From an uncultured virus (IMG/VR IMGVR_UViG_3300001765_000045) (lineage: Duplodnaviria > Heunggongvirae > Uroviricota > Caudoviricetes), in IMG/VR virus record IMGVR_UViG_3300001765_000045: a stretch of DNA of 64,000 bases. The stretch is one strand, 5' to 3'. The notes beneath the pieces are model-generated. The model was not told where the DNA came from, ran no database searches, and was given only the letters and a program-made list of their open reading frames with translations. This document shows positions 1 through 9,946 of this stretch, piece by piece (the stretch's first letter is position 1; each line of letters starts with the position of its first letter). Both the position numbers and the translations under genes were made by a program.

Positions 1-1
1 T

Positions 2-379
2 AATGCAGGTGCAGCTTATATCTTTAAGTACAATGGCAGTACATGGTCACAAGAAGCTAAACTAGTAGCTAGTGATAAAGCAGCTAGTGATAATTTTGGA
101 TGGTCTGTAAGTATCAATGCAGATGGTACTAAAGTAGTTATAGGTGCATATCTTGCTGATCCTGGTGGTATTAGTACTGCAGGTGCAGCTTATATCTTTA
201 AGTACAATGGCAGTGCATGGTCACAAGAAGCTAAACTAGCAGCTAGTGATAAAGCAACTGATGATTATTTTGGACGCTCTGTAAGTATCAATGCTGATGG
301 TACTAAAGTAGTTATAGGCGCAAATGAAGCTAATCCTGGTGGTATTAGTAATGCAGGTGCAGCTTATATCTTTAAATAA
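2..379 (+). CDS. FG-GAP repeat beta-propeller protein, C-terminal part (runs in from window edge)
   Basis: Frame +2 open to TAA at 377-379; translates to repeats such as NAGAAYIFKYNGSTWSQEAKLVASDKAASDNFGWSVSINADGTKVVIGA. Confidence 0.85.
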   Translation, partial: NAGAAYIFKYNGSTWSQEAKLVASDKAASDNFGWSVSINADGTKVVIGAYLADPGGISTAGAAYIFKYNGSAWSQEAKLAASDKATDDYFGRSVSINADGTKVVIGANEANPGGISNAGAAYIFK

Positions 380-456
380 CCGTATGTAATCAATGTAGTA
401 CACAGGATGTATATCATACATTGCATCCTATTCATATTTTGTATATAACAAAAAAA

Positions 457-500
457 ATATACCCACTATTGCTACCCAAAAGGTACAATAGTGGGTATAT
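457..500. terminator. Probable bidirectional intrinsic terminator
   Basis: 15-bp inverted repeat atatacccactattg/caatagtgggtatat between convergent genes, with an A-tract flank. Confidence 0.75.
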
Positions 501-506
501 TAATCA

Positions 507-2045
507 CTAAACAGGATCTTCTATTTTATACTCTTTTAAACACGCTACTCTATCTTCAAATAATTCCTTTTTCCTTCTATGGTAATCTATTTGTTTAGGT
601 ACATGAAGGTTATATAGATAACTAAATGTCACATCTCTGTCCTTTAGTTTTCTTAACCTACCCATAGCTTGTAAGTTACTTACTGGTGACTGAACACTAT
701 TAGTCATGATAGCTGCTCTTAGATTAGGTATATCTATAGCAGTGCCGGATGATAACAATGTAGACACACGTATATCCGGATCTATCACATTTTCATATGG
801 ATCATCTTCTACAAATCTCCTTATATCATATTTAGGAAATGCTTCTTTTAATCTATTAGTTATCAATGTACACATAGCTATACTAGCTGCAAATATTAGT
901 AATTTATCACCTTGTATATAGTTATTTACATATTCTAGTTTAACTAAGTTAGCTATCATATTTAGATAACTTCTTAATACTTGTCTATCCTTTATTAACG
1001 ATTTCTCAAACTCTATATGGTTATAGGTATTACTGCCTCTAGAAGTCGTTCTATACTTCTTAGATGCCATATAGCTAGTGAAGCTATAACTGTATGCATG
1101 GACCTTAATATACCTATCCATAGGTACCTTATCGAACCTTATCTCCTTAGGAAACATGATGTTCTGCATACGATCTATAAAAGGATCGTCTGATATCAAC
1201 GTAGCTGACAATGCTATAACTTTATGTACATGTGTGTGTATGAGTGTTCTAAATACTGAATAAAGATGTTGATGTACTTCATCAAAGATTACTGTACCAA
1301 TACCAAGCTTCTCACACATAACTTCTGGTGTATAAGGATAACCTAAGTCTACGATATCATCACCACTTTCCTTAAATTCATTATAATAATTTTGTATAGT
1401 ATTTAATGATATAATGATAAATTTAGCATCTACTGCTCCTTCATTAGATAACCATAGAAGTGACTTAAGTTCTTTATTACCTTGTATAGTAATGATTTCT
1501 TTTGGTTTAACATCTAGGACTGATGTAACATCACTTCCCCATTTTGTAACATATTTAGATAAAACAACTATAAGTGTTCTATAACCTATCTTAGAAGCAG
1601 CTGAAAGACTTACCATCGTTTTGCCTAAACCTGTTCTGAGTCCAACTAACCTAGATCTATTATCACCTATTTCTTCATTAACTAGGAAATTTATAGCTTC
1701 TACTTGATATGGTCTAGATTCATATTTAGGACTTATTTTTGTTTTTATTTTAACAGGTTCATATAGTTGTTTTTCTATAGATTTATAATAGTTCTCATAA
1801 ATACTATTATTCTCTAGATATTCTGTAAAATGTTTATATTGTCCTATGTGAAATCTAAATTGAGTTCCTGCTATACGAGCACCAAATACATGATTAGGTT
1901 TAAGTACATTTCTACCATTTTCTCTTACATATGTACTATGTATATATTTAAGAGAAAATTTTAGAATTAAACCCAATACTTCTGGTTTAGGGTCAAGTAT
2001 AGCGAAAAAATGGCTGCACTTAACTAAGGTAAAATATGGGTCCAT
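507..2045 (-). CDS. SF2 (DExH) helicase, phiKZ gp75-like
   Basis: Q motif RPYQ, Walker A TGLGKT, DEVH, LSAT, QAMGRLR; follows nvRNAP genes. Start moved from 2093 to ATG 2045, which has an AAGGA RBS. Confidence 0.85.
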   Translation of the reverse strand: MDPYFTLVKCSHFFAILDPKPEVLGLILKFSLKYIHSTYVRENGRNVLKPNHVFGARIAGTQFRFHIGQYKHFTEYLENNSIYENYYKSIEKQLYEPVKIKTKISPKYESRPYQVEAINFLVNEEIGDNRSRLVGLRTGLGKTMVSLSAASKIGYRTLIVVLSKYVTKWGSDVTSVLDVKPKEIITIQGNKELKSLLWLSNEGAVDAKFIIISLNTIQNYYNEFKESGDDIVDLGYPYTPEVMCEKLGIGTVIFDEVHQHLYSVFRTLIHTHVHKVIALSATLISDDPFIDRMQNIMFPKEIRFDKVPMDRYIKVHAYSYSFTSYMASKKYRTTSRGSNTYNHIEFEKSLIKDRQVLRSYLNMIANLVKLEYVNNYIQGDKLLIFAASIAMCTLITNRLKEAFPKYDIRRFVEDDPYENVIDPDIRVSTLLSSGTAIDIPNLRAAIMTNSVQSPVSNLQAMGRLRKLKDRDVTFSYLYNLHVPKQIDYHRRKKELFEDRVACLKEYKIEDPV

Positions 2046-2115
2046 GTAAATTTCCTTTTCATTAAATAAGATCCTAGTTACATATGGTATCATGGGTGAC
2101 TAGGATCTCATTTTT

Positions 2116-4122
2116 TCAACTTTTACGGCGCTCTGTCATACTTAGTACCTCACCAGGGAGACAGAAAATGTCATAAACACTATCCGGTCTATTATCAGGT
2201 ATAAAAGCTTCTGGTGTTACTATTACATTGCTTTGGTTCTCATATGCATATAGATTAGATAAAGATCTTCCTTTAATAACTTTATCACTAACACCAAGTA
2301 TAGTGTCAGTGTAGTTTCTAGATAGATCTTGATTACCAGGCTCTCTTGGTGTAGTTACTGCATATATAATTACCTCAAGTAAACTTATATTAACATTTAA
2401 TTTACTATTTACTAATTTAAATAGCTCTTTAAGTGTATATGCTGGTGATTCCGGATCATCTCTCTTAATGATATCATTGACACCAGTTTCAATAATTTTA
2501 GCTACTTGTTTACTATGGTCACTAAAGCTATATTCCTTTTTAGGATAAATTAACAGATCATCATTATAATCCCAATCTACTAGATCGAATATAAAACCAC
2601 CTGAACTATCTAAACCCCATTTATGCTCTCTAATATAGATAATTAGTTCTTTGGCTAACATGCACTTTCTATTAGATTGTAACATATTGTATTCATCAGT
2701 AATAACAATACCGTTAATCTCTAGAGATACACCTAAAGATTCTATATTACTGACATAAGCCGGATTTATATCATCTGTATTATCATCACTTAGAGCATCT
2801 ATAAGACCTAACGCACTATCTTTTGTAACAATAAGTTTAGGTAACATAGATTTTAGTTTACTATTTAATAATAAACTAGTTTTAGATTTACTGATAGTAA
2901 ATACTCTACTTAATTGTTCTCCTAGATGAAGATCAGTACTTATACTAGAACCTTGGTAATGTTTATTAGATAACACTGACTGTGATGTCTGTCTTGTCAT
3001 AGTAGCTGCACATATATGTCCTAGGTTAGCATATGCATTGATATTCTCCGACAGTTTACCAAAACACACTGCACAAACTGTATGTTTATCAGGGTGTTTG
3101 CAAGTTAATACAGACCTCATAAGTATGGTAGTATTTTCTAAATGTTTTTCATTACCTTCTATAGATTTAAGTGTGTTAGTTGTTTCATTTAGATACCATT
3201 TTCCTTTCATGAACTTTAAATCACCAGCATACACTTGTTCATTAAGATCATTAAACTCAGGAGGTCTTATAAACCATTTGATATAATCATTACTACCACA
3301 ATCAACTGGATCTAGATGTTCAACATACATAGCCATTAATTGCAAACGTCTAGCAAAGTATTCAGCATCTTCTAAAGGTGCCTCACTAAAATATAGACTT
3401 TTAGCAGCTGATCTAGATTCAGTAACTAAATCATATAGTTTATTTAAACCTAATGTAAAATTACTCATAATAGGAGTAGATAATACTTTACCATCTACTT
3501 CACTTGGATATCCACGTATAGATAAACATTGAGTAACTTGATTAGCATTAACCATTTTAGCTTTAATTGCTTTAACAATATTATTACTAGGATCACTATT
3601 ACTAATAATTTCTAATATCTTTTTATGTATCCTTTCAATATTTTTAGGAGTAGGTTTAAGTCCTGTATTAGCAGCTAAAACTTCTGCATTAAATGATAGA
3701 TTAAGAAAATCTAATATATCTATAGTTACTACTGAACTATCAATATACTTATTAATTTCATTATAAATATTATTGGTTACTTGATATATCAAAGTATACA
3801 AGAGTTCCTTACTTTTTGGATCTTGTAGTTTATATAACTCAATAACATCTTTAGAAATAATGGCTAGTAAACTTATATGTGTACCTGAATTAAGCACACC
3901 TCCATCTTTACTTAAGACATGTTCTACAAAATGTCTACTATAAACAGGTAATTTATCGTAGTTTTGATGTATCTGCCAAAAGAACCTACTGTATAAAGTT
4001 TTACGAATGGTTGTCTTAACTGATACACCATCTTCAAATTCTATAGTTAATGTATTAACACCTAGGTTGGCTATTTCATCAATATCCATACCTAGAAGTT
4101 CTCTAGCTTTATATGTAGTCAC
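2116..4122 (-). CDS. Non-virion RNA polymerase beta'-like subunit, C-terminal half (phiKZ gp74-like)
   Basis: Bridge-helix-like EYFARRLQL, DCGS, Zn-site MRSVLTC..VCAVCFG, trigger-loop-like TRQTSQSVLSNKH; synteny. Confidence 0.85.
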   Translation of the reverse strand: MTTYKARELLGMDIDEIANLGVNTLTIEFEDGVSVKTTIRKTLYSRFFWQIHQNYDKLPVYSRHFVEHVLSKDGGVLNSGTHISLLAIISKDVIELYKLQDPKSKELLYTLIYQVTNNIYNEINKYIDSSVVTIDILDFLNLSFNAEVLAANTGLKPTPKNIERIHKKILEIISNSDPSNNIVKAIKAKMVNANQVTQCLSIRGYPSEVDGKVLSTPIMSNFTLGLNKLYDLVTESRSAAKSLYFSEAPLEDAEYFARRLQLMAMYVEHLDPVDCGSNDYIKWFIRPPEFNDLNEQVYAGDLKFMKGKWYLNETTNTLKSIEGNEKHLENTTILMRSVLTCKHPDKHTVCAVCFGKLSENINAYANLGHICAATMTRQTSQSVLSNKHYQGSSISTDLHLGEQLSRVFTISKSKTSLLLNSKLKSMLPKLIVTKDSALGLIDALSDDNTDDINPAYVSNIESLGVSLEINGIVITDEYNMLQSNRKCMLAKELIIYIREHKWGLDSSGGFIFDLVDWDYNDDLLIYPKKEYSFSDHSKQVAKIIETGVNDIIKRDDPESPAYTLKELFKLVNSKLNVNISLLEVIIYAVTTPREPGNQDLSRNYTDTILGVSDKVIKGRSLSNLYAYENQSNVIVTPEAFIPDNRPDSVYDIFCLPGEVLSMTERRKS

Positions 4123-5033
4123 GGTTTATTTCTCCTATAGCTAAGCTTAAAGCCTGCTGTATTAAACAAGTGATTTATCATTTGAAGCGGTTTATTAGAT
4201 CCATACTGTATTTTAGTTCTGTCTATAAGTTTATATATATTAGACGGTTGTTCAGCCTCTAAAATATTCTTAACTGATTCTCGCATAGTGATAGGGTTAT
4301 TACTTCTATCCATTAGCTCAGCAACATTTTCTAAGTTAGTATATCCTACCATAACACGATTTTCTGATTCACCTAATGTTCTTACAGGTGAATTACGATA
4401 AGGATATCTAAATTTCTCAGATTTATTCTGAGGTGAGATGATACCAAAATGTTGCAATTTACTAACACTAACAGAACTCCAATCATCAGCTGTTTTATCT
4501 AATAGCATCATGTATAAATCAGCTACACGTATATTATTTTCAGTGGTTGTCCTAATACCACTATTACCTATATAATTAACCTTACCTAAATGAGGTTTAT
4601 AAATACTATTCTCTATATTGAGTACAGCTTGTGGTACATTTGTTTCAAGATTAGGAGGCATATGAATAGTTAGAATACCTGATGTCACAGAATACAAATA
4701 TTCTATTTTATCATTATTAGTAAGATTAGCTATATAATTAGCCTGTTTAATATTAATGATTTTAAATAAACCTAATAAATAGTCAAATGCATTATTAATT
4801 AAGTTTATGTCTATAGTATAGAATTCATCTAAAGACATACCTGGTTTATAATTAAATATACTTTTAAGTTTTAACTCAGTTTGCTCTAATAAATCGTTGA
4901 AATAATGTTCATAAAGTCTTCCTAAGTTCATACGGTTAATAGTAGCTGCTGGATCTAAAATAACATCTACACGTCGACCTAATTCATCAACAGGCATTTC
5001 TTCATCTGGTAAAATACTGACTATAACTCCTTT
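4119..5033 (-). CDS. Non-virion RNAP beta-like subunit (phiKZ gp71-73-like), exon 2
   Basis: Begins KGVIVSILPDEEMP..DVILDP..RMNLGRLYE, in frame with ORF 4119..4997; preceded by the intron terminal G at 5034. Confidence 0.85.
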   Translation of the reverse strand, partial: KGVIVSILPDEEMPVDELGRRVDVILDPAATINRMNLGRLYEHYFNDLLEQTELKLKSIFNYKPGMSLDEFYTIDINLINNAFDYLLGLFKIINIKQANYIANLTNNDKIEYLYSVTSGILTIHMPPNLETNVPQAVLNIENSIYKPHLGKVNYIGNSGIRTTTENNIRVADLYMMLLDKTADDWSSVSVSKLQHFGIISPQNKSEKFRYPYRNSPVRTLGESENRVMVGYTNLENVAELMDRSNNPITMRESVKNILEAEQPSNIYKLIDRTKIQYGSNKPLQMINHLFNTAGFKLSYRRNKP

Positions 5034-5464
5034 CTTTTTGTCCAGTCAGTTCGTTACACTGACCCGGTGTGCTAAGACACCCGCCTATACTTTCATACAG
5101 GAACAGACCATATCTTCATCCTTCTCTTATCGAGTTAGGATGTCTCCCATTTCGGAGCTACTAGCTCCTACACCGTGGTAAATGGTTGGCCGTTGATCCT
5201 TCTTCATATCCTTTACAGGACTTAGAAGCTTGGATGCGGATTGCCCAATGTTTATCATTATTACCGTATCTAAGTAATTAGCTTAGCCGCTATAGTATTT
5301 CTACTAAAGTTTGGTAGATAAACCTCTAAGGGGTTTCCCGCAGTTAAAGAGAATTAGCTTTAACATTACTATTAAAGCTGGCTTAATCACTAATCGTTTT
5401 TGCTTAATTGCCAATCACCTATAGGAAATTTATGAATTAAACTATTCCGACTAATGGTTGAAAA
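5034..5464 (-). mobile_element. Group I intron (431 nt, no ORF) in nvRNAP beta-like gene
   Basis: 5' exon ends in U (GGT) and intron ends in G; core elements TGCGGGAAAC (P), GCAATCCGCATCCAAG (Q), TCAACGGCCA (R), AAGATATGGTC (S); splicing yields GYKLTDCQGG/KGVI. Confidence 0.88.
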
Positions 5465-6646
5465 ACCACCTTGGCAATCTGTTAATTTATAACCAATTGT
5501 AGGTACTACTTCATATTCAATAACAAAATCAATTTTATATTCATTTACAGTATTCTTCCTATATAACAATGTGATAGGTTGTTTATACTTATCTTTAAAA
5601 CTATCTAAACTAGCATAAGCTGTTGTTAGCATCTTATGAAAATTACGTCCTAGTTTAAGTTTATCTACGCCATATTTTCTTTTGTTATCATTTCTTAACT
5701 TTTGCTCTATGGCTATAAGTTCTTTATTAAACTTAGTATAAGCATTAACATACTTATCTAAAAACTCAGTAATAATGTCAGGGGTTTTTTCTTGTACAGC
5801 TGAATTTTTATAAACTTTAATATCGATTACTTTACCTTTACCAGATCTAGTGAATAAACATTTATCAAAAATATAATCAATATCTCTGGTATCGTATATA
5901 CTCATATCGATTGGAGCTAAATCAGCATCATAATCTCTTAAAGCCATGAGTACACCATCACTACGTATATAATCTCCAATATCAGGAAAAGGTTTATAAT
6001 AATTAACATCACCATAGATATTAAGTGGGTAACTAGATAATCCAAAGTCTATACTTCTAGACTCATAAACTTTAAATTTTAATTTATCTAGAAAACCTTG
6101 ACGTACAATAATACCATCTTCAGATACAGCCGGCATACTCATAAATGTTGCTTTAGCAGAAAACCCGTATTTATAATCACCATTGATACCAACACTACTA
6201 GGATTAGCAAATACAGTATCTTTAGCTATATAATTACCTATTTTAATTTTATCCATATTTTCAGTAAACTTATATTCATATCCGAAAAACTGATGAAATT
6301 TATTAAAATTAACTAAATTAAAACAATCTATAGTTTTATCATCATCATTTTCAAATATAACTATAGTCTCTGGGTTATATTTTAAACTATTATTATCAAT
6401 CCCAGTAGGATACCTATCTAGTATTTTGATAATTCTTCCATTAACAGGCATTTTAATATCAAAGGTATATTTACTAAATTTATTTTCTAATCCTGTTACT
6501 ATTCTTTTGGAGTCTGGATCAACTGTTAATAACCTTTGAGCTATATGACTAGAAAACATAACTGCCCGACTACTACTAACAGTTGATATAAACGGATTTA
6601 AACCATGGATACCCAGTAATTCTAAATCAAGTTCTTTTTCAGACAT
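5465..6646 (-). CDS. Non-virion RNAP beta-like subunit, exon 1
   Basis: SSSRAVMFSSHIAQ, EDGIIV, GKVIDIKV, GYKLTD motifs; 394 codons up to the splice site. Confidence 0.85.
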
Positions 6647-6729
6647 TTTGTATTACCTCTTTTTAAAATTAATACATTTCTCAATATTAATATATATTAC
6701 CAAAAGTTTAAAGCGAAAGGTCAAATTTT

Positions 6730-7056
6730 ATGGATATACATCAATTAGGTAAATCAGGTAGCAGTATATATTATCAAGAAGATTTTATGGCTTTTCTTGA
6801 ACAACATCTTAGTTATATAGAAAGACATGGTGTAACATTAGCTACTATTACACCAACTGGTTCTTATAAACACGAAGGGAATTTCTATGGGGTACTTAAT
6901 GAACTTAAAATATCTGTTAATTTTCATTACATAACTATGCGTATTAATGGATTAAAGAATTCCAATGAGTTTAATGGCATTGATGTTGATATAAAAATAC
7001 CTGACTTTGGTGTCATTGATCAATTGAAAAATCAGTATTTAACTTTAAAAAAATAA
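6730..7056 (+). CDS. Conserved phiKZ-like small protein (possible LysM-like/baseplate protein)
   Basis: 108-aa ORF with ITMRINGLKNS motif, followed by a terminator. Confidence 0.55.
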   Translation: MDIHQLGKSGSSIYYQEDFMAFLEQHLSYIERHGVTLATITPTGSYKHEGNFYGVLNELKISVNFHYITMRINGLKNSNEFNGIDVDIKIPDFGVIDQLKNQYLTLKK

Positions 7057-7063
7057 TTAGTTT

Positions 7064-7097
7064 AACTAGACTAACCCTTCAAAAGGTTAGTCTAGTT
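7064..7097. terminator. Bidirectional terminator
   Basis: 13-bp inverted repeat aactagactaacc/ggttagtctagtt between convergent genes. Confidence 0.75.
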
Positions 7098-7103
7098 GAC
7101 TTT

Positions 7104-8453
7104 TTACCTCTGTACAAATGGAGGTGGTTGCTGAGGATATCCCATAGGTTGACCCATCATACCTTGTTGAGGAAATCCCATAGGCTGTTGAGGATACATC
7201 ATACCTTGCTGAGGAAACCCCATAGGCTGTTGAGGATACATCATACCTTGCTGAGGAAACCCCATAGGCTGTTGAGGAAACCCCATAGGCTGTTGAGGTT
7301 GCATAGGTTGTTGAGGATACATCATACCTTGTTGAGGATATCCCATAGGCTGTTGAGGTATTTGCCTATTAAGAATATCACCGATATAAGGTGCTGGTGC
7401 ATTCATCATAGGCATAGCACCTTGCATAACAAAAGCACTAGGAATTTGTTGAATACCTAGTTTTTGCTTAAGACTATTAAAATCCAGTCCTCTACTAGTT
7501 TCTTTTAGTACAGGTTGTGGTGGCATTGGTTGTGCTACCTGTTGCTGATACTGAGGATACTGGGGCTGTTGTGGTGTAGATACAGTTTGCTCTTGAATTG
7601 CTTCTGTAGTAATACTAGGTATACTACGGATCTCGTTCTTTAATGCATTAATATCAGTTAAATCATCATACCAGTCATTATCAAACATAATAGAATCACT
7701 ATTATCAATATACTCTTTATACATATCAGTCAATTCATTGATACGTTGAGTAATTTTATAACTAGAGAACATAAGTGCTTCTAGAAATGGAGCAACATCA
7801 CTATTACTACCATAACTATAAGCTTCTGGTTCATCTATCTCTGGAAAGATAAATTGAAAGATTGCTTTATATGAATCTAAATCTTTAGTTCTAAATTTAT
7901 ATTTATCACCTTTTATTAATGACTGGTAAAAAGGAAATGAAGTTACAGCTACTCTAGCATATTTAACTCCACTAAGTACACCAGCACGTTTTAAGTAAAT
8001 ATAACTAAATAATCTATCTTCTTTCTCATTTACCTCTTTAATCATAAAACTAATAAAAGACTTTACAGTCTTATCATCAAGTTCACTAATTTTATATAAC
8101 AATTCCATTTGTTCAGGAGATAGCTTTTTATGATATTCTGGACTGTCTACTAAATTAAGTAGACTTTGAACCAAAACACCAATTGCTATATTAATCTTAA
8201 TATTAATAGTATATCTAAGTTTATTAATAATATTAGATTCACCTTTAATTATATCTTCACTGAGGGGATGAAATACTATCATTGATGAAGCATCAAATCC
8301 TCTCAATATTTTACTTGAAGGAATAACTAAATGTTTACCTCCTACTAAGTAAGGCTCTCTACTACCTGATATTGGAATATACACTTTATCATCTTCAACT
8401 ACAAGACCAGCGTATCTGATAAATTTATTATAGATATCTATAATTCGCATCAA
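7104..8453 (-). CDS. phiKZ gp70-like core protein with Q/P/M/G-rich repetitive C-terminus
   Basis: IVFHPLSEDIIKGES and YSYGSNSDVAPF motifs; sits between gp69-like and gp71-73-like genes. Confidence 0.7.
   Translation of the reverse strand: MMRIIDIYNKFIRYAGLVVEDDKVYIPISGSREPYLVGGKHLVIPSSKILRGFDASSMIVFHPLSEDIIKGESNIINKLRYTINIKINIAIGVLVQSLLNLVDSPEYHKKLSPEQMELLYKISELDDKTVKSFISFMIKEVNEKEDRLFSYIYLKRAGVLSGVKYARVAVTSFPFYQSLIKGDKYKFRTKDLDSYKAIFQFIFPEIDEPEAYSYGSNSDVAPFLEALMFSSYKITQRINELTDMYKEYIDNSDSIMFDNDWYDDLTDINALKNEIRSIPSITTEAIQEQTVSTPQQPQYPQYQQQVAQPMPPQPVLKETSRGLDFNSLKQKLGIQQIPSAFVMQGAMPMMNAPAPYIGDILNRQIPQQPMGYPQQGMMYPQQPMQPQQPMGFPQQPMGFPQQGMMYPQQPMGFPQQGMMYPQQPMGFPQQGMMGQPMGYPQQPPPFVQR
7130..7360 (-). 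repeat. Tandem coding repeats (QQPMG[F/Y]P, QQGMMYP)
   Basis: Repeated 21-bp-based units such as ccataggctgttgaggaaacc and catcataccttgctgagga. Confidence 0.9.
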
Positions 8454-8467
8454 AGACTCCTTAAATA

Positions 8468-9931
8468 TTAAATAATAGCATTGTAACTAGGTGTGGTATT
8501 AACATTACCTACAGAACTAAGTAATTGTTCCATATCGTATGCTACCATATACAGATCTTCTTTTTTAGTTGTATAAACAGGGGTAATTAAACTATCACAA
8601 AAACTAGGTGTAGTAAATGCAACTATAGGACCTCCGTCTAACGAAATATTAATTTTAGATTCACCAAATACATCACACTGCATTTCTAGCATATACGAAA
8701 TTTGGTTACCAAATGTAATATCGTACATAATTTCATTATGCAGTCTATGTATAAACAAATTAAAACTTTTAGTTAAATCTAAATTAGTAACAGATTTAGC
8801 ATCAATAAGAACAGTATTCATTTGACCAGTTAAATCATGATTAGTAGATTTAAAATGAATTTTATTAATCATGTATTCTAACATTAAAGATGGAATAGCA
8901 TTAGATAGTAATGTTGAAACTACAGTTTCTCTATCAGCACCATTCCAATACTCTGTTTGACCAGTTGAATGTAATCCAACTAACTGTGAATTACCAACAC
9001 GAACATAGTTAGTAACATATTTAACATTTGGATCAATACGCTCAAGTGTATCAATATTAAAATAAGTGATACCACTAATCCCAGTAACCATTTCTAATTG
9101 ACGAATAAACTCATTGTTACTATGAATATTTTCCATAGACATATCACTAGCACGACTATAAATGTCATTACTATCAGGAGACCATTCAGATAATGAAAGC
9201 GATTGTTTATAATTACTAATAATATTTGACATATAATTAGTAGGTACATTATTTTTTCTACTACTTCTAGGTGTATTAGCTCCTTTATTTAATATAACTC
9301 TTGTATCATTAAGAATAGTTTTATTAGAGCCGTATTGAGAAGTTGATAATTGTACACTATTAAAAATATCAGAAGGTCTTAGTCCATAAAGATCATTATT
9401 AGCATATCCATAATCATTAAATATTTTACCGTTGATAATCTGTGATGTATCTATCACACGGTCCATATTTTGAACACCTGATGGTGTATTAACTTGACTA
9501 CGTGATACAGTAGTAATAGAGTTAATAAAGAAATGCATATTAGGGTCAATGGATCCATTCATTCCTATGCCTAAATGATCAGTGTATCCTTGAACATATA
9601 AAATTTTAGTTCCGTGTAAACTTGTGTCTATTTGTAAGGTTAATAAAAATGATACACGTTTTTCACTCCAACCATTGGGTATAGGAATTTGTGTATTACT
9701 ATAAGGAGATGGACTAATAATACCAGATGTAAGACCACTAAACGTACTAGGTGTTACTACACCACTACAATTATTAACCCTGTCACTAATAGTATTTAAA
9801 GTTTCTGGAGTTATGTGTGTGGTATAAGGTCTAAGAAACATTGGATTATACGTACCAGTTTCTTGCATAAGTAATCCAAGTATTTTACACTGAGAAGCAT
9901 TTTTAAAATATGATGAATTATCTGTGTACAT
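8468..9931 (-). CDS. picA: phiKZ gp69-like protein (putative nuclear-shell import factor PicA/Imp1)
   Basis: 487 aa, between gp68-like and gp70-like genes; IPNGWSEKR, VQGYTD, PSFCDSL motifs recalled from this family. Confidence 0.6.
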   Translation of the reverse strand: MYTDNSSYFKNASQCKILGLLMQETGTYNPMFLRPYTTHITPETLNTISDRVNNCSGVVTPSTFSGLTSGIISPSPYSNTQIPIPNGWSEKRVSFLLTLQIDTSLHGTKILYVQGYTDHLGIGMNGSIDPNMHFFINSITTVSRSQVNTPSGVQNMDRVIDTSQIINGKIFNDYGYANNDLYGLRPSDIFNSVQLSTSQYGSNKTILNDTRVILNKGANTPRSSRKNNVPTNYMSNIISNYKQSLSLSEWSPDSNDIYSRASDMSMENIHSNNEFIRQLEMVTGISGITYFNIDTLERIDPNVKYVTNYVRVGNSQLVGLHSTGQTEYWNGADRETVVSTLLSNAIPSLMLEYMINKIHFKSTNHDLTGQMNTVLIDAKSVTNLDLTKSFNLFIHRLHNEIMYDITFGNQISYMLEMQCDVFGESKINISLDGGPIVAFTTPSFCDSLITPVYTTKKEDLYMVAYDMEQLLSSVGNVNTTPSYNAII

Positions 9932-9946
9932 GATTACACCTTTTGT

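Noticed and set aside
236..421. 61-aa minus-strand ORF
   Set aside because: Antisense shadow of the plus-strand FG-GAP gene
4119..6646. Two separate genes (4119..4997 and 5390..6646)
   Set aside because: Better explained as two exons; the tail of the 5390 ORF is read-in to the intron
7130..7360. Possible CRISPR array (also 28025-28420)
   Set aside because: Repeats are in-frame coding units without unique spacers; no cas genes in the window
7128..7460. R/H/L-rich plus-strand ORF (also 28033..28293)
   Set aside because: Antisense artifact of the Q/P repeats
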